DNA of 62,947 bases, the filler included, from Choristocarpus tenellus KU-1152 (Eukaryota; Protista; Phaeophyceae), in the NCBI GenBank assembly GCA_964200185.2. It is 9 parts of 9 records of this genome, joined end to end, with 100 filler letters (N's around TTAATTAATTAA, not from the genome) between each part and the next. Parts side by side here need not be neighbours in the genome. Positions count along the whole stretch, not along the records: positions 38,442 to 41,671 come from CAXNAD020021386.1; positions 41,772 to 59,457 come from CAXNAD020000639.1; 7 more parts are not named here. One strand, given 5' to 3'. Each line of letters opens with the position of its first letter. The first letter of the stretch is position 1. The notes below the pieces were generated by a model. That model saw nothing but the letters and a program-made list of their open reading frames with translations. It ran no database searches and was not told the origin of the DNA. A program made the position numbers and the translations under genes. Below are positions 38,607 to 52,328 of this stretch, piece by piece.

Positions 38607-40582
38607 AGCCTGCATGGTTGGGACCTATCTTCATACACCCCTTCAAAACAACTCGGTCGCCTCGGTCTAGTCCGCCACCTCTCTGATCCTCTCAAGTACC
38701 TCACATATATATGTCTTCTGCCTGGTACGTACTCGAACTTTGGTAATATGTATCTATACCCAGTGACATATTGCAGATGTGTCATGGAGGCAACAAGAAG
38801 AGCATGAAAGAGAAAAAATGCAACAAACACGACAGCAACAGTTCCTAGGTTAGAAAAGACTTTCTGACAAACCAATACGATTTGCACTTAATTTGAAAAC
38901 GAGAAAACAAGAGACCTACAGAGATAAATATAAATGAAACGACTCCTAAGCTAGTGATATGAAGGCGGTCTGGAAACAAGGGAAGAGTCCCGCGAGTCAG
39001 GCGAGCCACATCTTCTTTCCCATTGGCTTGGTGCCTCTCTACCTTGATGCCACTGGTGTTGTTACTGAAACAATCTGTCGCAGGAGTGCCTTCACTACCC
39101 TCTTCCTACTAATCCTCCCACCCTCCTACCACCCACTACATGAGTCGCTAGGTCATCCAGGAACTGGTTTGGGTGTGTATATATATGGAGTTGATTATTT
39201 CTCGAGTTTTGTGATCAAGGACGTATCATACAGTTTGAATCAATACGTGCCTTGAGAGTGGAGAATACGAAGTTCATCAAACGTGAACAGTCAACCTTCC
39301 AGATTCCTGGTCTGCTTGTCTGCTCCCCACCCCGTCGTTCACCCACCTGGGAACCCATCATACCTGCTCAGTGTTTTATTTTGGCAGTTAGAAATTCTTG
39401 CTCATCTCTCTGTGGGTTGTGCTTTGACCTAGAGCAAAAAACAGATCCTCCCGCCAAGGCTTACAGGCTTCAAACGGAGAAAGGGGAGTGGGGCGCTAAG
39501 GTCCAGCAGGGTGGGTACGAAGGGCTTGCAGAGGCTATGAGCGGTTTCGGTGGTGGTCACGCCGATCTCCTTGGCCTGGGAGTTGATGTGGAGGTGATGA
39601 ACCAATTTGATAAGTTACAATACTGACTTGGAACCTCAAGAAACCTGCAGTATGTTCCTCACGTTTCCAGGGATATAAGTGTTTGTCGTCGACCTCAGGT
39701 ATAGCAATAATTAATCTCTGTGCCCCAAGCTCTGTTCGTATGGCTCTGCAACGTCCTGCCTCTGTCGTAGCTGATTCCTTTGCTCTATTTTTGCAATGGG
39801 CGTGGTGTACCGTGTAGGAGGAGCAGGGTGCTGGCCAGGATCCACAGCAGGGTGGTGACGGGGGACGGGGAGCGAGCAATAGCCGAGAAGGTCGAGGAGG
39901 TGGGAGGGGCGTTGATGCAGATCCTCCCTCAACACCACGCCTCGGTGAGAGTTGGAATCTAGTAGTAAACCTCACATTGCCATTGGTTGAGAGTTCAGTC
40001 ACCTGGCTTGCAAGAAACAAGAACCTCAACCTCAGGGTAATTTCTGTGAACTGCACAAGAGAAGATGTACACGTGTTGGGGAGGCGATGTTCTCAGCAGT
40101 GTCTCGCATGAAGCGCACATTGGCTAGCGATATGTCGCTACTTTATCGTTAGGGCCTCCTTGTAGTGACAAGGGGATAGTGGCATCCATTAGGGGGGGGA
40201 GCGCGAAGCCTCATGATTTGAAGAGTTGAAGCGTATTGGAGGCTGGGTATGTCTAATCTCACGTTCCAACATCAGAGTATTTGCCCCGTACTGGTCACGG
40301 CCTTCGATCGGTCTGCTGCTCAACAAAGATTAGACCCTCCGACTGCTGTCATTACCTTACGTCGACAAACGCTATTCCTTGACGCTTATATGTGCGCGCG
40401 CACGCACACACATTGATTAATGTCTGTGCTGCTGGAGGTATAGAGTTCCTGCAATAACAACTTGAATTGCCTTCCAAATGAACATTTCTATGTAACCGTA
40501 ACAGACAAAACTGGAGGCAAGTCATACAAGGGCTTCTCTACCATCTCCTTCAATGCAGCAGACGGCGAAGACAACAATGTTG
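38607..40582 (+). CDS. Four internal exons of an unidentified gene
   Basis: 38607-38724, 39433-39593, 39818-39944, 40505-40582; AG/GT boundaries with phases 1, 0, 1 consistent; SLHGWDLSSY...LLPEQKTDPPAKAYRLQTEKGEW...DKTGGKSYKGFSTISFN. Separated from UGGT by a gap and not recognisably UGGT. Confidence 0.5.
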
Positions 40583-40874
40583 GTAAGATGACAGCCGTGC
40601 AACCAGTGTGTTGTGTTCGATAATTTCGAGGTATTCATTTGTATCATACTGTCTCCACCCGTGACAAAACACCCTATGAGATCATGGTTGGGACAAGTTG
40701 GATCGGGGCTAGTTGGATGGAGACAACCTGGGCAGCTGTAAATGCTGTTCTCCCTTGTCCCCTATCATCCCTTTTTACAGCACACTGCATTGCTGGACAC
40801 ACATTGGCGATGGCTTTGAGTGCAACCGCAAGCATGTACATGTACAGATTATATTTTACTGTTTCTACTAGAAC

Positions 40875-40876
<2 letters not shown>

Positions 40877-40913
<37 letters not shown>

Positions 40914-40920
40914 TGTGTGT
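40877..40920. repeat. (GT)n microsatellite
   Basis: Seen directly. Confidence 0.95.
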
Positions 40921-41812
40921 TTAGGTAGAGTCTGATTCAAATTCTTTGGGGTAAAGAGTTAGTCAAAGGCTCTGGGATGAATGACCTAAAAATAATTGTC
41001 CTACATCTTTTTTTTTCACTTCCTTTTGCTTTTTCCAGAAAAGGGTTTGATGTGATATTCCTGTTAGTAGATAATGCAGTATTGTGGTGGCATCCCTCTT
41101 GTCGTACAATTGTTTATCCACACCTAGTAGTATCTGCTGTGAGTCTTCACTTTATTTCGATGTGGACTGAAGACATTAGCCGTATATCTGGTTACTTCCT
41201 CTCTCTATTATCGTTTCAATCAGTTTGTGGATTGGTTTTTGTATGACACTGGGAAGGCATTACTTGCAGTTTCACAGCATGTAGCGCAGAATAGGTAGAC
41301 TAAGTCGAATTTCACTGAGGTTTTAGGGTAACCTCATCATGAATTTTTACAAGACCCCTACAAGAGATAGTGAAAGTCTTATACCATCTCGTACATTTAT
41401 ATAGCGTGCCCAGCAAACTATTGGAACTGGTGCTGAGCAGAGGAGGAATACAAATGCCACAAAACCCTACCCCTAACCCTAACCCTAACCTGCGATAGGT
41501 ATTATTTTAATTTGACCATACAAAGAGGCTGCTGTGTTTTTGTTTGTGTGATCAGGGCTCACCAATAACCCTGTGGTCAAAGTATCTGGGGGGGGGGGGG
41601 GGGGGGGGGGGGGGTGGGGGGGGGGGGGGGGGGGGAGGAGGACAACGCTGAGCCCCAGTCCCCCCCAGACCNNNNNNNNNNNNNNNNNNNNNNNNNNNNN
41701 NNNNNNNNNNNNNNNTTAATTAATTAANNNNNNNNNNNNNNNNNNNNNNNNNNNNNNNNNNNNNNNNNNNNCCACCACCCACCACCCACCACCCCACTGT
41801 GTGACAACTTAG

Positions 41813-44800
41813 ATGTGGAATCTTACCCTGGCAGAGGGACGGGCATCCGAGATCTATACCCTGGTGGATTCTGGATCTGGAGATAAGAAACGCTCTAAGC
41901 GCCGTCGCAATACCTTCCCGAGGGATGGGGTGGCATCATCGAGTCAACAGGTGGCTGTGAGGGACTTCTATAGCAGGTACTTGCTTAGAAGGTTTGTATC
42001 TAGGAGATGGGTGAGGTATGTGGGACTTGAGAAAGAAAGGGGATCTATGTGCTATTGAGTAGTTTGAGCTCTTGCGTATATATTTTTTTGTATTTTCCAC
42101 CGAGTGCTGAAAGGAGAGAGATGCTCACTGGGCTACTCTGCTGAGTCAGAGTATGTTATGTGTGGTTGACATATAGTATCCTACAGGGGAGGTTCAGGTG
42201 TCCATTCAGGGCCTGTTGAAGTTGCAGCGATTTTCATGTATTATTTCACCTTAACGTACTTTCCTTTTCCATCCCTAACCCTGAACCAAAAATAAAGGAA
42301 AATCGCCCTAAAAACGGGCATCAAACTGAGGAATCAATCTTACATCTTACAACACTTTATCAATCCCCAAATGTACAATATGCACCAAACACCCCCACCC
42401 ACCCCCCACCCACCCCACCCACCCCCTAAGATACTATGGGTCGTTAAACAATCTTTTTTTTATTAATAAGAGATTATGGTATGGGGGGTGGAATGAGAGG
42501 GCAGGGTGGTAGTACTGCTTGCCTTCCTTTGTCTCTCAGAAACAATTTGCATCACCTGTGCGAGTCTGGTGGAGAGATGGTGGCCATGCTTGTTCCCAGA
42601 GCATCCTTTGTACTTGCATGTGGGAGGGGGGTGTTTTGAGGTGGCATAGTAGTGAGGTTAATACGTGGTGTGAGAATTACAGACTACAGCTTTATGATTA
42701 CTCGCTGCATTGGAAGGTAGGGGGGAATGGGGTGGGGGAGGAGGTATGTTATTAGGTGGACCCAACATTCTTCGTAATAGTTCCAGGAAATTTACCTGGA
42801 TTTTTGTTTCAAGGTTGTTGTGTGCTCTATGCAATAGAAGGTGGGAATGGTCCTCACCTTCCATCTTGTAAGTATGAGGAGGAGGACAAGGAGGGCGGGA
42901 TTCTCTATGTTCCAACCTGCCACCTAAAGAATAACATGCCAACCACGCTGACTGCTCCTCCCTCACGAAAATCAACACGCCCAAAATTCGAGGTATGTGA
43001 CCGTTCTTGTACGTAAGAGGCCTGGCATGGAGGATGTGAACTTAATCCAGGATGAACAGGAGGCAAAGAGAGAACAAAAGAGGGGGGGTGCTGATCCCCC
43101 TCATGGAGGCAGTGCTGCAAGCTCCCTATGGTCAAGCCTCAGCAGCCTCGTGGGGATGGGTGGAAGTTCCAAGGAAGAGGAGGCCGACCCAACAGGGATG
43201 GCAGCACAAAATATGGAAGTGCAGTTCGTTGGGGCTGGGGCAGGGGCAAGGGACCGTGTCCATGTGTTTTCACTTGCAACAGGTCACCTCTATGAGAGGT
43301 TTCTCAAGGTGCAGTGGGTCAGGTAGGGTAGACAGGGCATGGGTAGCTTGTGGAGTGTGTGTGTGTCTCTCTCTCTCTGTATATGTAAGCACTGGTGGTG
43401 TTGAGGAGTCTTTGAGTCGGAAGGAGCAGAAGTGGATGGTATGGGGGAGGGGTGCAAGGATAGGATGAATGCCGTGTCATGTCTTTTTCAAGCCCTTGCA
43501 CAGGGCTGCTAGAAGGGACATAAATGCTTTGCGATCAAGGGCGATGAGTCACCAAGTAGGAAGAATTGAGAGACCAACACTGATCGAATGAAAGCCAGCA
43601 CTATGTACCAGGCAGGCGTGGTATGGCAGAGGGCGGAAACAGACCTGTTTGTGGATGGTATGTGGGGGGACTACTTTGAAGTCATTTTGGAGTGGCATGG
43701 GAAGGAAGTGTTGATTGTATGGAGACGTCAAAGCCCCCCTTGCAAATCCCTTCCAAATGAAAAATCCTCGAGGTGACTGCTACAAATTTTCCAAATCCTC
43801 CAGGGGCCATTCGCCTGATGTGGCGATACCTGTGAGATTTTGAAGCCATTGTCTCAATGCTTTGCTTAAAACGATACACTCTCCGCCGATTTTTATTATG
43901 TCCTCTCCCATATTCTCCATTAATAGGTTTGTTTCTCAACTCTGCCCCCATGCACCAGATGAACAGTATTTTGTTGGACTCTCTTCCTCGCTACCATCTG
44001 CCTCCTTGCACTTGACCCCATACGATTTTGTCCCACCCTTGGGCCAACCCTCTACCTTCCACCCTATCCTTCTCCTCTTTTCTCCTCCTGTTCAGTCCCT
44101 TCCTTTTGAAACCTGCCGACAAACTGCCACGGTGTGTGAGTGATGCAAAAGGTGGTATCACCATATTTTTATTTTTTGAAACCGCCCCCCTCTCCTTTTT
44201 CTATCATGTGTTCCACCAAAGGTGATGATGTTGAGTGTTGTGAAGCGGTGTAGTGTGCCCGTCACCTTCTGGCTGTTGGAGAACTTCCTCTCACCTTCCC
44301 TGAAGGCCAGTGCACAGGCCATGGCTGAAGAGCTAGGGTGAGTTTGGCGACCATGGCTCTGTATATTCAAAGGGGAAGTGGAGGTGGTTGGTGATGAAGA
44401 GACCTCTCGATTCCGTTGGCTGGAGTGATATTTCAAGTGTGTTAGAAAAGGTTTGAAGATTGACATATTTTGATTGCAGCTCCTGCCTTTATCCTCTTTT
44501 CATCCCCTTGGTATCCCCCTACAAGTTTGATATCCCTGACTCTCCTGCCTTTCCGATGATGGAATGTGAACAATGAATGAATGGCATTGCCAGATTTGAG
44601 GTGGAGTTTGTGACATACAAGTGGCCAGAGTGGCTCCGAAGGCAGAGTGAGAAGCAGCGCATTATCTGGGGCTACAAGATCCTCTTCCTTGATGTGCTGT
44701 TCCCCTTGCATGTCAACAAGGTCATCTATGTCGACGCAGACCAGGTGCGCTTTAAACAGACTTGGACAGTTGGTCACCTCCCCTATGTGAATAGCATGGA

Positions 44801-47800
44801 TGTGAAATCCTTTGTTGCCCACATACGCGCTTGCCTCACTGATCTGTGTTGCATCAACATGGGGTTTCCGTTTGCAATACACTACTTCTTTACCCACTCT
44901 CCTTGCCATGCTTGGTCCACCTTCCCATTCTTGTACGCCCCTTAAAGATTCCAGTAATATGTATCTTGTTGTGATACCTGTCTTTCGATCCTTATACAGG
45001 GACACCCTTGCCCTATTTCCACTCTCCTTCTTTGCCGATCTACCTCTCCTGTCATCTATATACACTGTATAACCCTCTCTTGAGGCAGGTTGTCCGAGCA
45101 GATCTGAAGGAGCTGTGGGACATGGACCTTCGGGGTCGACCGTATGCCTACACACCCTTCTGCTCCTCCCGGGAAGAAACCCTGGGGTACCAGTTTTGGC
45201 GTGGGGGATTCTGGGAGAGTCATCTTCGGGGTCTTCCCTATCACATCTCTGCACTCTATGTAGTGGACCTATCTGTCTTCCGCAGGATGGCCATTGGCGA
45301 TATTGTAAGGGAGAACGTTAATTTGCCGATATTTCACCCATTGATCACAAGTGGTACCACCTTGTTCCAAATCCCCATCAAGGGAAGGCTTACTGTTGCC
45401 GTGAATTCTTGCGCATAATACTCTGACTGCTGCCTCCTGAAATAACCCTCCCTGCTGCAGTAGTGAGAGTACTTTTCCGGAAAAAAAAAAAACTATTTGA
45501 TGGGGGAAATTGTAGTGATTCCTGAGTGGGTTTTCAAGGAAGAGAGCAGTGTGAGGTGTTAAACCATTGGGATGAAGCCTTGACTTGATGTGGGTAAAAC
45601 TGGAGCGTTAGGTTTCGTACAGTCCCCATCTCCTGTCATATCTTTTCATGCCTGATGCACTCAACAAAGTGACACACGGGAAAGCAACTGTGTACATCGC
45701 TTGTTTTCCTGGGAAAAGTCCCCTGTCCCCTCCTCAATGATACTGTTTTTTGTTGCACTATATTCCGGTCTTGTTGACCACCTCTTATCAAGAAGTGGTG
45801 GGCAAATCTATTGGGACAATGACAAACAGCTGTAGCCTCGGTGGAGATGGGCATGTGTCAGTGCAATGTTCTCTTTCCGACCTCTCCTCGTGTGTGAAAA
45901 TATCGTTATTGGCGTTGTCAGGAGCCCTACCGTATGTGACTCCTGTGTCGGATCTACAACTCCGACCTCGTTTCCTCTCACACATACTGTGCAGTGGTCC
46001 CTTTGGCCATCACTCTCCTCTAACAGAAGTTTATACCTTCTACCACCCTTTTTTCCTCTATATCCTACCCATCTTACACAGCTTCGATCAGTGTATAACA
46101 TGCTGAGCGCTGACCGCAACTCCCTATCCAATCTTGACCAAGATCTTCCCAACTATGCACAATTTCAGGTGAGTCTATATGATCTCTGCGCATTAGCTTT
46201 CCGTTCAGACTGAACCGGGCCATTTGCCATTTGTTACATTTTGGATGCAGGAGAGGGTTAGAGGGGAGCATTGGAGTAATGTAGAGACCCTTTCATGAAC
46301 ATTTCAATAGCTGAAGACAAGAGAACCCTTGAAAGTAAAGCATTTCAATCTCAATTAGAAGGAAGCTGAGAACAAGCAGAGCTTCAGTTGTGCTTACAAT
46401 GATGTGGCGAAGGTGATGAGGCATGAAATAATGAAGCACAAGTGCATACTCTGACCGCGAATTTCCTCCTCTGGCCAAAGAATCATGTTATCTGCTTGTC
46501 ATCTTCCATGTATGTAGAGACACGATTACCAACAGGGTCAAAGCACTTAAGAGGGTAGGGCCACATCTGTTTGGGGTCATAAATCCAAGTGTGCAATTTG
46601 ATGAATTTTGGCTATCGTATTTGTTAGCAAGTGTCCATATCCTTGCTCTGGACACACTTTTCATAGTCGTATACATTTTAGGGTCAGGGTTAGTGTTCAC
46701 ACAGAACACTGAAAAAAGGGGCATAAAAAGAAAAAACGTGGGAAGCCAAGCCCCGAATGGACAACAGGGCAAAATTCCTACCCTCTTAAGTGCTTTAAAT
46801 GCTTTGACTCATAGTTAGTTAGCTACATTGATAAGTAATGAGGTTTGGTAATGGTCACAGTATCATCATTTGAACTATCAAGTATGGAAGCTTAACCAAT
46901 ATCCTGCATGCAGCACTGTTACAGCCACCCCAAGCAGGAGCGCATGGCCAAAGCAAGTTTTGCGCTGCTATCTGAGAGTCAATTCATCTCAGTTGCACTT
47001 TGGTATTTGAACAATATTTCTAGGTGTCGGAAAGGTGTCAGATGCCATTCCAATAACAGTTGTGACATACATTTTGGGGATACCAACAAAGATGTGGGCT
47101 ATGTGCTCCTGCTTAGGTCTGCTGTAGTAGATTGTGCACCACTTAACCTGGGTGTTACCTTTTTCGTAGTCAAGTCTTGTATGCACGGATCAGTTGTTAC
47201 CAGATGCCATTGGATTTATCCTTGTTGGGGCCGAGAGCTTCTTCATGAGACGATAAATTTGGACAGATGTTTTATACCTCCGTCTAAAGATGTCCATGGG
47301 ATAGGTTAGACCTCAGTGTAGACGAATACAGTAGATAGCAATCACTCTTTTACATGAGAGGCACCACAGGGATGTTATACTTCACCCCTTCACCTTTCCC
47401 ACTGATGTGAGGAATATGTTCATTACTCACCTTATGGATATACTTGCTGGGTGCTGAGTGCGAGGCAGGTAAGAACAACTTTAATGAAAGTATATGGAGA
47501 CCACAGGTGGATCAGGTTGAGCTTTTGTCCTTGGACATTCTATAGTTGGTTGTGCACCTGATGTTCGCCAAAGTATTCCATGCTCTCTAGTTTTATCACC
47601 ATGAGAGCCAGGAATTTCCATTCTTGTCTAGTGTATCTCCTTTTGAGACGCTGAAAATAGGTCTACAAGACTCTACTTTTCGGATGTGTGGACAGAGGTT
47701 TCCTCACCAGAGCCCGGAGCTCCATCAGGTGAAACTGGAACCGTCTGTGGTTGTGGAAGGAGATTTGACATTGCATGAAGAAATTCGTGGCTCTGACAAT

Positions 47801-50441
47801 GACGTTTCTGCTAATTGTGGAGATGTCTGAAAGTTACAGACTCCTTCAGAAATTGGAAACAATTTTAGTCTGTTTTTGTCACGCTGCCCTGGTTTTCTAG
47901 GGGCAACATGCCACCAGTCAGGGAATATTAAAGCCAAGCAAGTCGTTTTGAATTTTACTCTTTGGAAAACTGTACCATACTCCAACGTGGTGGCATCTTG
48001 AAGATGAGATTGGTGTACTCTTCTCCTTTAAATGCGAGATCTGAAGTGTTGTAGATTTTTGTGTTGGCAAGTGCTTTGATCAAATAGCATCCTCCCAGAA
48101 GTACTGAGCATCAATTTGAGTTGCATTCTGAACACCGGTGGTCGGAATTGAGATGCAATGAGATTGAGAAGATCGGGGCTCTGAAGTTACTCTGACTGTT
48201 GGATTGGAGATGGGTTTAGAGAGTGGAAAAGCTCACAAGAGGTGGGGGCTGAATAGTGTTTCGTTGTGAATCAGGTCTTACGTATGAACTACATCCGATG
48301 AGGGTAGAATGACCTTCATCAAGTAGGGCAGGGGGTGGAAGGTGACTTCATAGAGCCTACGGCAGCATTGGCATGACTGAGCCTGGCATTTCCAGACTGG
48401 AGTTTCACATATGAAAATGGAAAACAACATTGTGGGTGAAACGCAAAGCAGCTCCCATTTTGAGCTTAAACTACCTCAACCCATTATAGCAGTGAAGGCC
48501 TTCTCTCTAGTTGGCCTGTACCTAGACCAACCTCTCTTGCATCGGTAGATAGCAATGGGGTAGATTTCACCCTGCTTACATGGAATTCAGCCAAGTCAAG
48601 GGGCCCAAAGCATATGTAGAGATATTTTCCGTGTACAAAATATGTCGACTGTCGGTGCGGGCCGTGTGGAATGTGCCCAACTATGTAAGATTGGCATGGT
48701 CACTGGCTGATCGTTCGTGCCCTACTTGGTGACCATCTTCTTTGCTGCGCTGAGATGTGATATCTGAGGGAAATGATGGGGGACTTGGAGCACTTCTAAT
48801 CTTGATAAAGAGTTGAGCCGCGTTTGCTTGGTGTTTGAGACAGATTAACCCTTTCAGTGCATATTTCCTATTGTTTGATGTGACCAGAATTGCCCATACT
48901 ATTTCCATACACTCCAGAGTAGATATAGACAGCATTTCCCCTGTGTCTCATTATGAGTGCCTTAGCAGTGTACACCTAGGGTGTCTCTCCCCTCACCTTG
49001 GATACATACCCCAAGCCTCCTTGCAGCATTGAGCTCTTGTGTTGGTTCAATGATGCAGATGCCTAGTGCTCAGGGAGCCTGATGCATAAGAGAGAAGTAA
49101 CAAGTGGTAGTACCTTCTTCCCTAGCTCTTGGTAAAACTGATTTGGGTAAGGGTTCGTTTGATATGTGTTTGTGATCTGGGTAACTTGAGCTGTTGGCAG
49201 ACCAATATTCTTATCCTGAAGGGGGATGGCAATTGCATCTACCCTAGACCACGCGATTGTTTCTGTCATCTGCTCGGTATTATATGTTCTATGTGGCGTT
49301 GTCACGTGCCTGAAACGGTACTACACTGACATATACCAGGACTGATTACTGTTCCGATTTTGTGCTACCAACTAATCCTTTCATCCTGAGATACTTTGAC
49401 TCACACTCCTCAGGGTCTATGTAACGCTTCCTGCAACACCCAACTGTAGTGGTCGTCATTATGTTCCAAGTCACTCCTGCCTATCGATAGCAATTGAACT
49501 GTCTGACGGATGTCCTATTCTGTTGTCCATTCCTGATGCAAGGTCCCAATATTCTCATTGCCACAAGAATGGCTTTGGTGTGAAAGTTGGTGCAGTGATG
49601 AGACAAAAGTGGACGCCAAAACTATCGACCTCTGCAACAACCCGCAGGTACGGAAGAAGGGTATGCTGGGGGATTGGGTCTCTCTTGTGTATGTTGTTTG
49701 GCCTCAGATACTGCAACCATCAAAGGGCTACTACTATCTAGAAAAATTCAGGTTGAGGTTCATTTTCTTCCTACAAGCACAGTTGCACACTGTAGTGTAC
49801 AGATTTGTCACTGTAGTTCTCTAGTGCAACATTTTCAATATCAAGCATGGCCAATGGACAAGGGAAGGGGTCATAGAAATTACTTTGGTGGGAGCCCTCA
49901 ATTGGAAGTTTGGAGAGGTGTCCAACGTTTGCTACAAAACTATGGACTTTTGAATATCGTTACTGGTGGAATTAACAGCTGCTACCAAACAATTCTTTGG
50001 CCAATCAGGTTGCATGTGGCGTGTTGTACACATGCAGTAATGCCTCGTTCCCAGGTAGAGAACGAGGGTGCTGTTAGACCCACAGGTACTTCACACACAT
50101 TTCTGAGTTTGCACCTTGTCTCCTGAGATTATAGTCATTAACTCTTTCCTCCTGTCTGTGCTGTTTGCCCTTCCTCTACTAGACACTTGCCCATTGTGAG
50201 AGTTGTCACTAGAACATGGCGAACAACGACCAATTGCACCTGATAGCTGGACCCTAACTGCTTGACGAAAATTCCCCTTACACCATTTAACCCGAACTCC
50301 TTGCTTCAGCACAAGGAGCCTAAGCTGGACATGGCCAAGAGAGTCATTAGTGGACCTTTGTTCATGGAAAGCTGGGTAGAGCTTGATGATGAGGTCCGTT
50401 CAATAGAAATCAAGCATAGCATGATCACTGCCGGGGAATAA
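41813..50441 (+). CDS. UGGT: UDP-glucose:glycoprotein glucosyltransferase, 3' part (GT24 domain), 8 exons
   Basis: Exons 41813-41976, 42993-43308, 44222-44337, 44594-44744, 45089-45304, 46082-46168, 49543-49647, 50310-50441; phases consistent. Hallmarks: [99 protein letters not shown]. The 5' end lies in or beyond the gap. Confidence 0.95.
42168..42442 (+). mobile_element. MITE family C copy (different interior, same end motifs) in a UGGT intron
   Basis: GACATATAGTATCC-18 bp-GTCCATTC ... CCAAATGTAC-(CCCA)n-AGATACTATGGGTC; 3-bp TSD GTT. Confidence 0.7.
46535..46810 (+). mobile_element. MITE family A copy in a UGGT intron
   Basis: Diverged TIRs (AAAGCACTTAAGAGGGTAG / CTACCCTCTTAAGTGCTTT); the central hairpin is replaced by TTAGGG-like sequence. 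Confidence 0.82.
46880..49360 (-). mobile_element. Highly decayed non-LTR retrotransposon 3' region (RNase H and C-terminal zinc knuckle) in the 3.4-kb UGGT intron
   Basis: TTDGS (RNase H-like first Asp, ~47745) and, downstream, C....[10 protein letters not shown] (CCHC-like, ~47100); many stops. Confidence 0.4.
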
Positions 50442-52328
50442 GGCAGTGAACAGTCCAGGATAAGAAAGCGAGCACGGGCAGACAAACTGTTCTTCAGGAG
50501 AAAGATCACTTATCTTATCGTTTTTGCAACCTCTAACACCTCCCTGTATGTTCTTGTTGCGGCTATGTGTACTGTGGTATTCCATGTTATTCATTACTAC
50601 TATGGAGCACATATTTTAATACTAGCGATGATGTGCCTTCCTAACTTTATGTGGTGTTCAGTTTTTGGGTGGTGTTGGTCTGCAACATTGTATTTTGCAG
50701 CTTTACACCTAGATGCAGAGGATGTTTCGTAGAAACATGCATTGGATGCAACAAATTGCTACAGTTGTTATGCGGTAGGGTAGGTCTTGCTTTGAGGCGG
50801 GTGTAAGGATCTGTAACAAAGTGCATCATAGTAGCAGGAGAAATTAATTTGGAGAGACAAGTTAGGTGTATTCAGCCAATGGGTCTTAATTGCCTAACCT
50901 GAGGGGAAAGGCGAGATACGTGGAGTTGTTGTGGTTGATGTATTTTGTGTACCTTTGTGTAGAGTCTATCAACTACTTTTCAACCTCTCACTCCAAGGCT
51001 CATTTGATGTGTGCGAAGTCAATAGGGTATGCACTCTTAGGTGAAAGCATACGGACAACATATTTGTATGTGCCATATAATTCTAAGGCCAAGCGGGAAT
51101 CACGTCAGTGATGACCAGTATCATGAGCTTGGGTGTTCTATGTTTCTGGATGATATGCAAACATTCCTGGCCTCAATGATGGAAGCATCCATGCGACTTA
51201 GGTGCCTCTGTCCATGCAAAAAGAAACATACTTTGCAGCACTGGCACCACTGTATTTTCTGTGAAGGACTTGTTCTGTGGATGTATTTTGAAATATGCAC
51301 GACAGACCATGCAGCATGGCTTCTCCTATGTTGTTATCTCATGACCCGTTCTGACTCTTGCATCTAGTTGCAGCAAAACAAGTGAAACCATAATATAAAT
51401 ACCCATCTCGACCTTGAGTCAAACGACTTCGGAGGTAGGCAGAGCTCTATTTTAAGGATGCCAAGGAAGGGTAAAAAGCCTTTTTTTACAATTACAGAAG
51501 GGGTGGTAGCTTAATTATAGTGCCAGTTTGTCTGTAGAAAGGGGGAATATCAAGGCTGCGTGCACTTTTGTGCTCAAAAAGCAATGGCAGATGATGTATC
51601 ACACACATCTTCCGGTGTGCTTTCCTTTCTTAACACTTTTCAGGTATAGAGCATAAGCCATATATGCATGCATTCAGGACTATATTCGATCATTTACTTA
51701 ATTGGTTTCATTGGAGTAAATATATACGACTGAACAACTATTCCTGCCAAAGGTATGACCTCATAATGACTAAATATCAAGTTAGTCAAAGAGTTTAATA
51801 TACAAAATCTATTACAGCTTCAAGGTCATAATGGCACCTACAAAACCGCGATAAAGACACATCACCTTTAGCATCCCCCCCTGGCCTTGAAGGCATACTC
51901 CTTTCTCCTCCTTCCTTACTTCATCTACTACCTGTCCAACCCAATTAGGAATTAATCAAGGCATTCACATACACAAGTCTTAGGAAACATCAGCTTCCTT
52001 AGTGTGCTCTGCAAGGAAGCTTTGTTGATGCTGTACAGTACAACACTGCTCTTATGTTGTCGTGAGACACTTTGTCCGTATTTGTTTGTATGGTCATAGT
52101 TCTTAAGGAGGGAGAGCCTTTCTATGACAGTATCCTATTTCATTGTAAATGTGAGACATTTTTGTGTCTCATGTTTGTGTTCCATGGTTTTGCAAGGGGG
52201 GGAGTCTTTCTATGGCAATACCCTCTTTCAGTGTTTGATTTTGCGTCTGTATTCATTTGTGTTTATAGTTGTGAGGGGGATGAGTCTTTCGTGGCACTCT
52301 CTATTTTTATGATACTATTCGACAATTT

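Noticed and set aside
39780-39962. ORF containing CNGRGV, resembling a UGGT thioredoxin-like segment
   Set aside because: Splice phases favour the alternative frame (exon 39818-39944), and the similarity is too short.
44442-45254. Longest ORF in the track (270 aa, minus strand)
   Set aside because: Antisense shadow of two UGGT exons; no independent motif.
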